Positions 23,911 through 24,000 of a DNA stretch of 24,000 nucleotides are shown piece after piece. Made by a program: the position numbers and the translations under genes. Source of the DNA: Solirubrobacterales bacterium (GTDB taxonomy: Bacteria; Actinomycetota; Thermoleophilia; Solirubrobacterales; 70-9); contig JADJRQ010000004.1 of assembly GCA_016712175.1 (NCBI GenBank), forward strand, positions 47,843-71,842, written 5' to 3'. Under the pieces are notes generated by a model. That model had not been told where the DNA came from. It worked only from the letters and a program-made list of their open reading frames with translations, and searched no databases. Each line of letters starts with the position of its first letter. The first letter of the stretch is position 1.

Positions 23911-23940
23911 TGCTCCCTGAACTCTTGCTCCCTGAACTCT
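23911..23940. repeat. Perfect tandem direct repeat 2 x 15 nt (TGCTCCCTGAACTCT) upstream of the NHL gene
   Basis: 23911..23925 and 23926..23940 are identical. The repeat lies 25-54 nt upstream of the GTG start at 23886, in the putative promoter or 5' UTR. Confidence 0.7.
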
Positions 23941-24000
23941 CTAAACCAGACCGTAACCAATCGATGCGGGTTGAGCGGGGTCCGGACCTACTTCTTGACT

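Noticed and set aside
1-24000. Mobile elements, prophage or defence islands, tRNA/rRNA genes
   Set aside because: I recognised no transposase, integrase or recombinase motifs, no terminal inverted repeats flanking a gene block and no cloverleaf-like or rRNA-like segments. GC content and codon style look uniform apart from short intergenic spacers.

Overview
High-GC, gene-dense chromosomal segment of actinobacterial type. The NHL and Lys/Arg-rich tail proteins suggest Thermoleophilia/Solirubrobacterales, but that taxonomic guess is inference only. About 26 protein genes are supported. I found no rRNA, tRNA, CRISPR array, transposase or integrase by eye. All family calls come from by-eye motif recognition, with no searches run. 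Left third (1-9500): a copper module (copA <- two palindromic operators -> DUF4396-like membrane protein + csoR), a secreted SGNH hydrolase, a clear heliorhodopsin gene preceded by a cupin gene, a divergent PCP-motif P1B ATPase, an eRF1/Pelota-like (baeRF) protein and an ICMT-like membrane methyltransferase. The rest (23886 down to 9487) is one long minus-strand gene train: NHL beta-propeller -> CHASE2 adenylate/guanylate cyclase -> DUF3179 lipoprotein | tandem USP -> pyridine-nucleotide disulfide oxidoreductase -> YnjB-like ABC importer (4 genes) -> radical SAM enzyme -> CDP-alcohol phosphatidyltransferase -> TVP38/DedA-superfamily protein -> ECF sigma -> soluble ZAS anti-sigma. The last five genes are joined by overlapping stop/start codons. 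Three things deserve follow-up most. (1) The heliorhodopsin locus, a photoreceptor family with unresolved function, sits here in a new context. (2) The translationally coupled radical-SAM / phosphatidyltransferase / TVP38 / sigma / anti-sigma operon is a candidate uncharacterised membrane-lipid modification system. (3) Reading-frame breaks recur: one inside the sigma gene and four within the first ~30 codons of other genes. These look more like assembly artefacts than biology, but they change the annotation.
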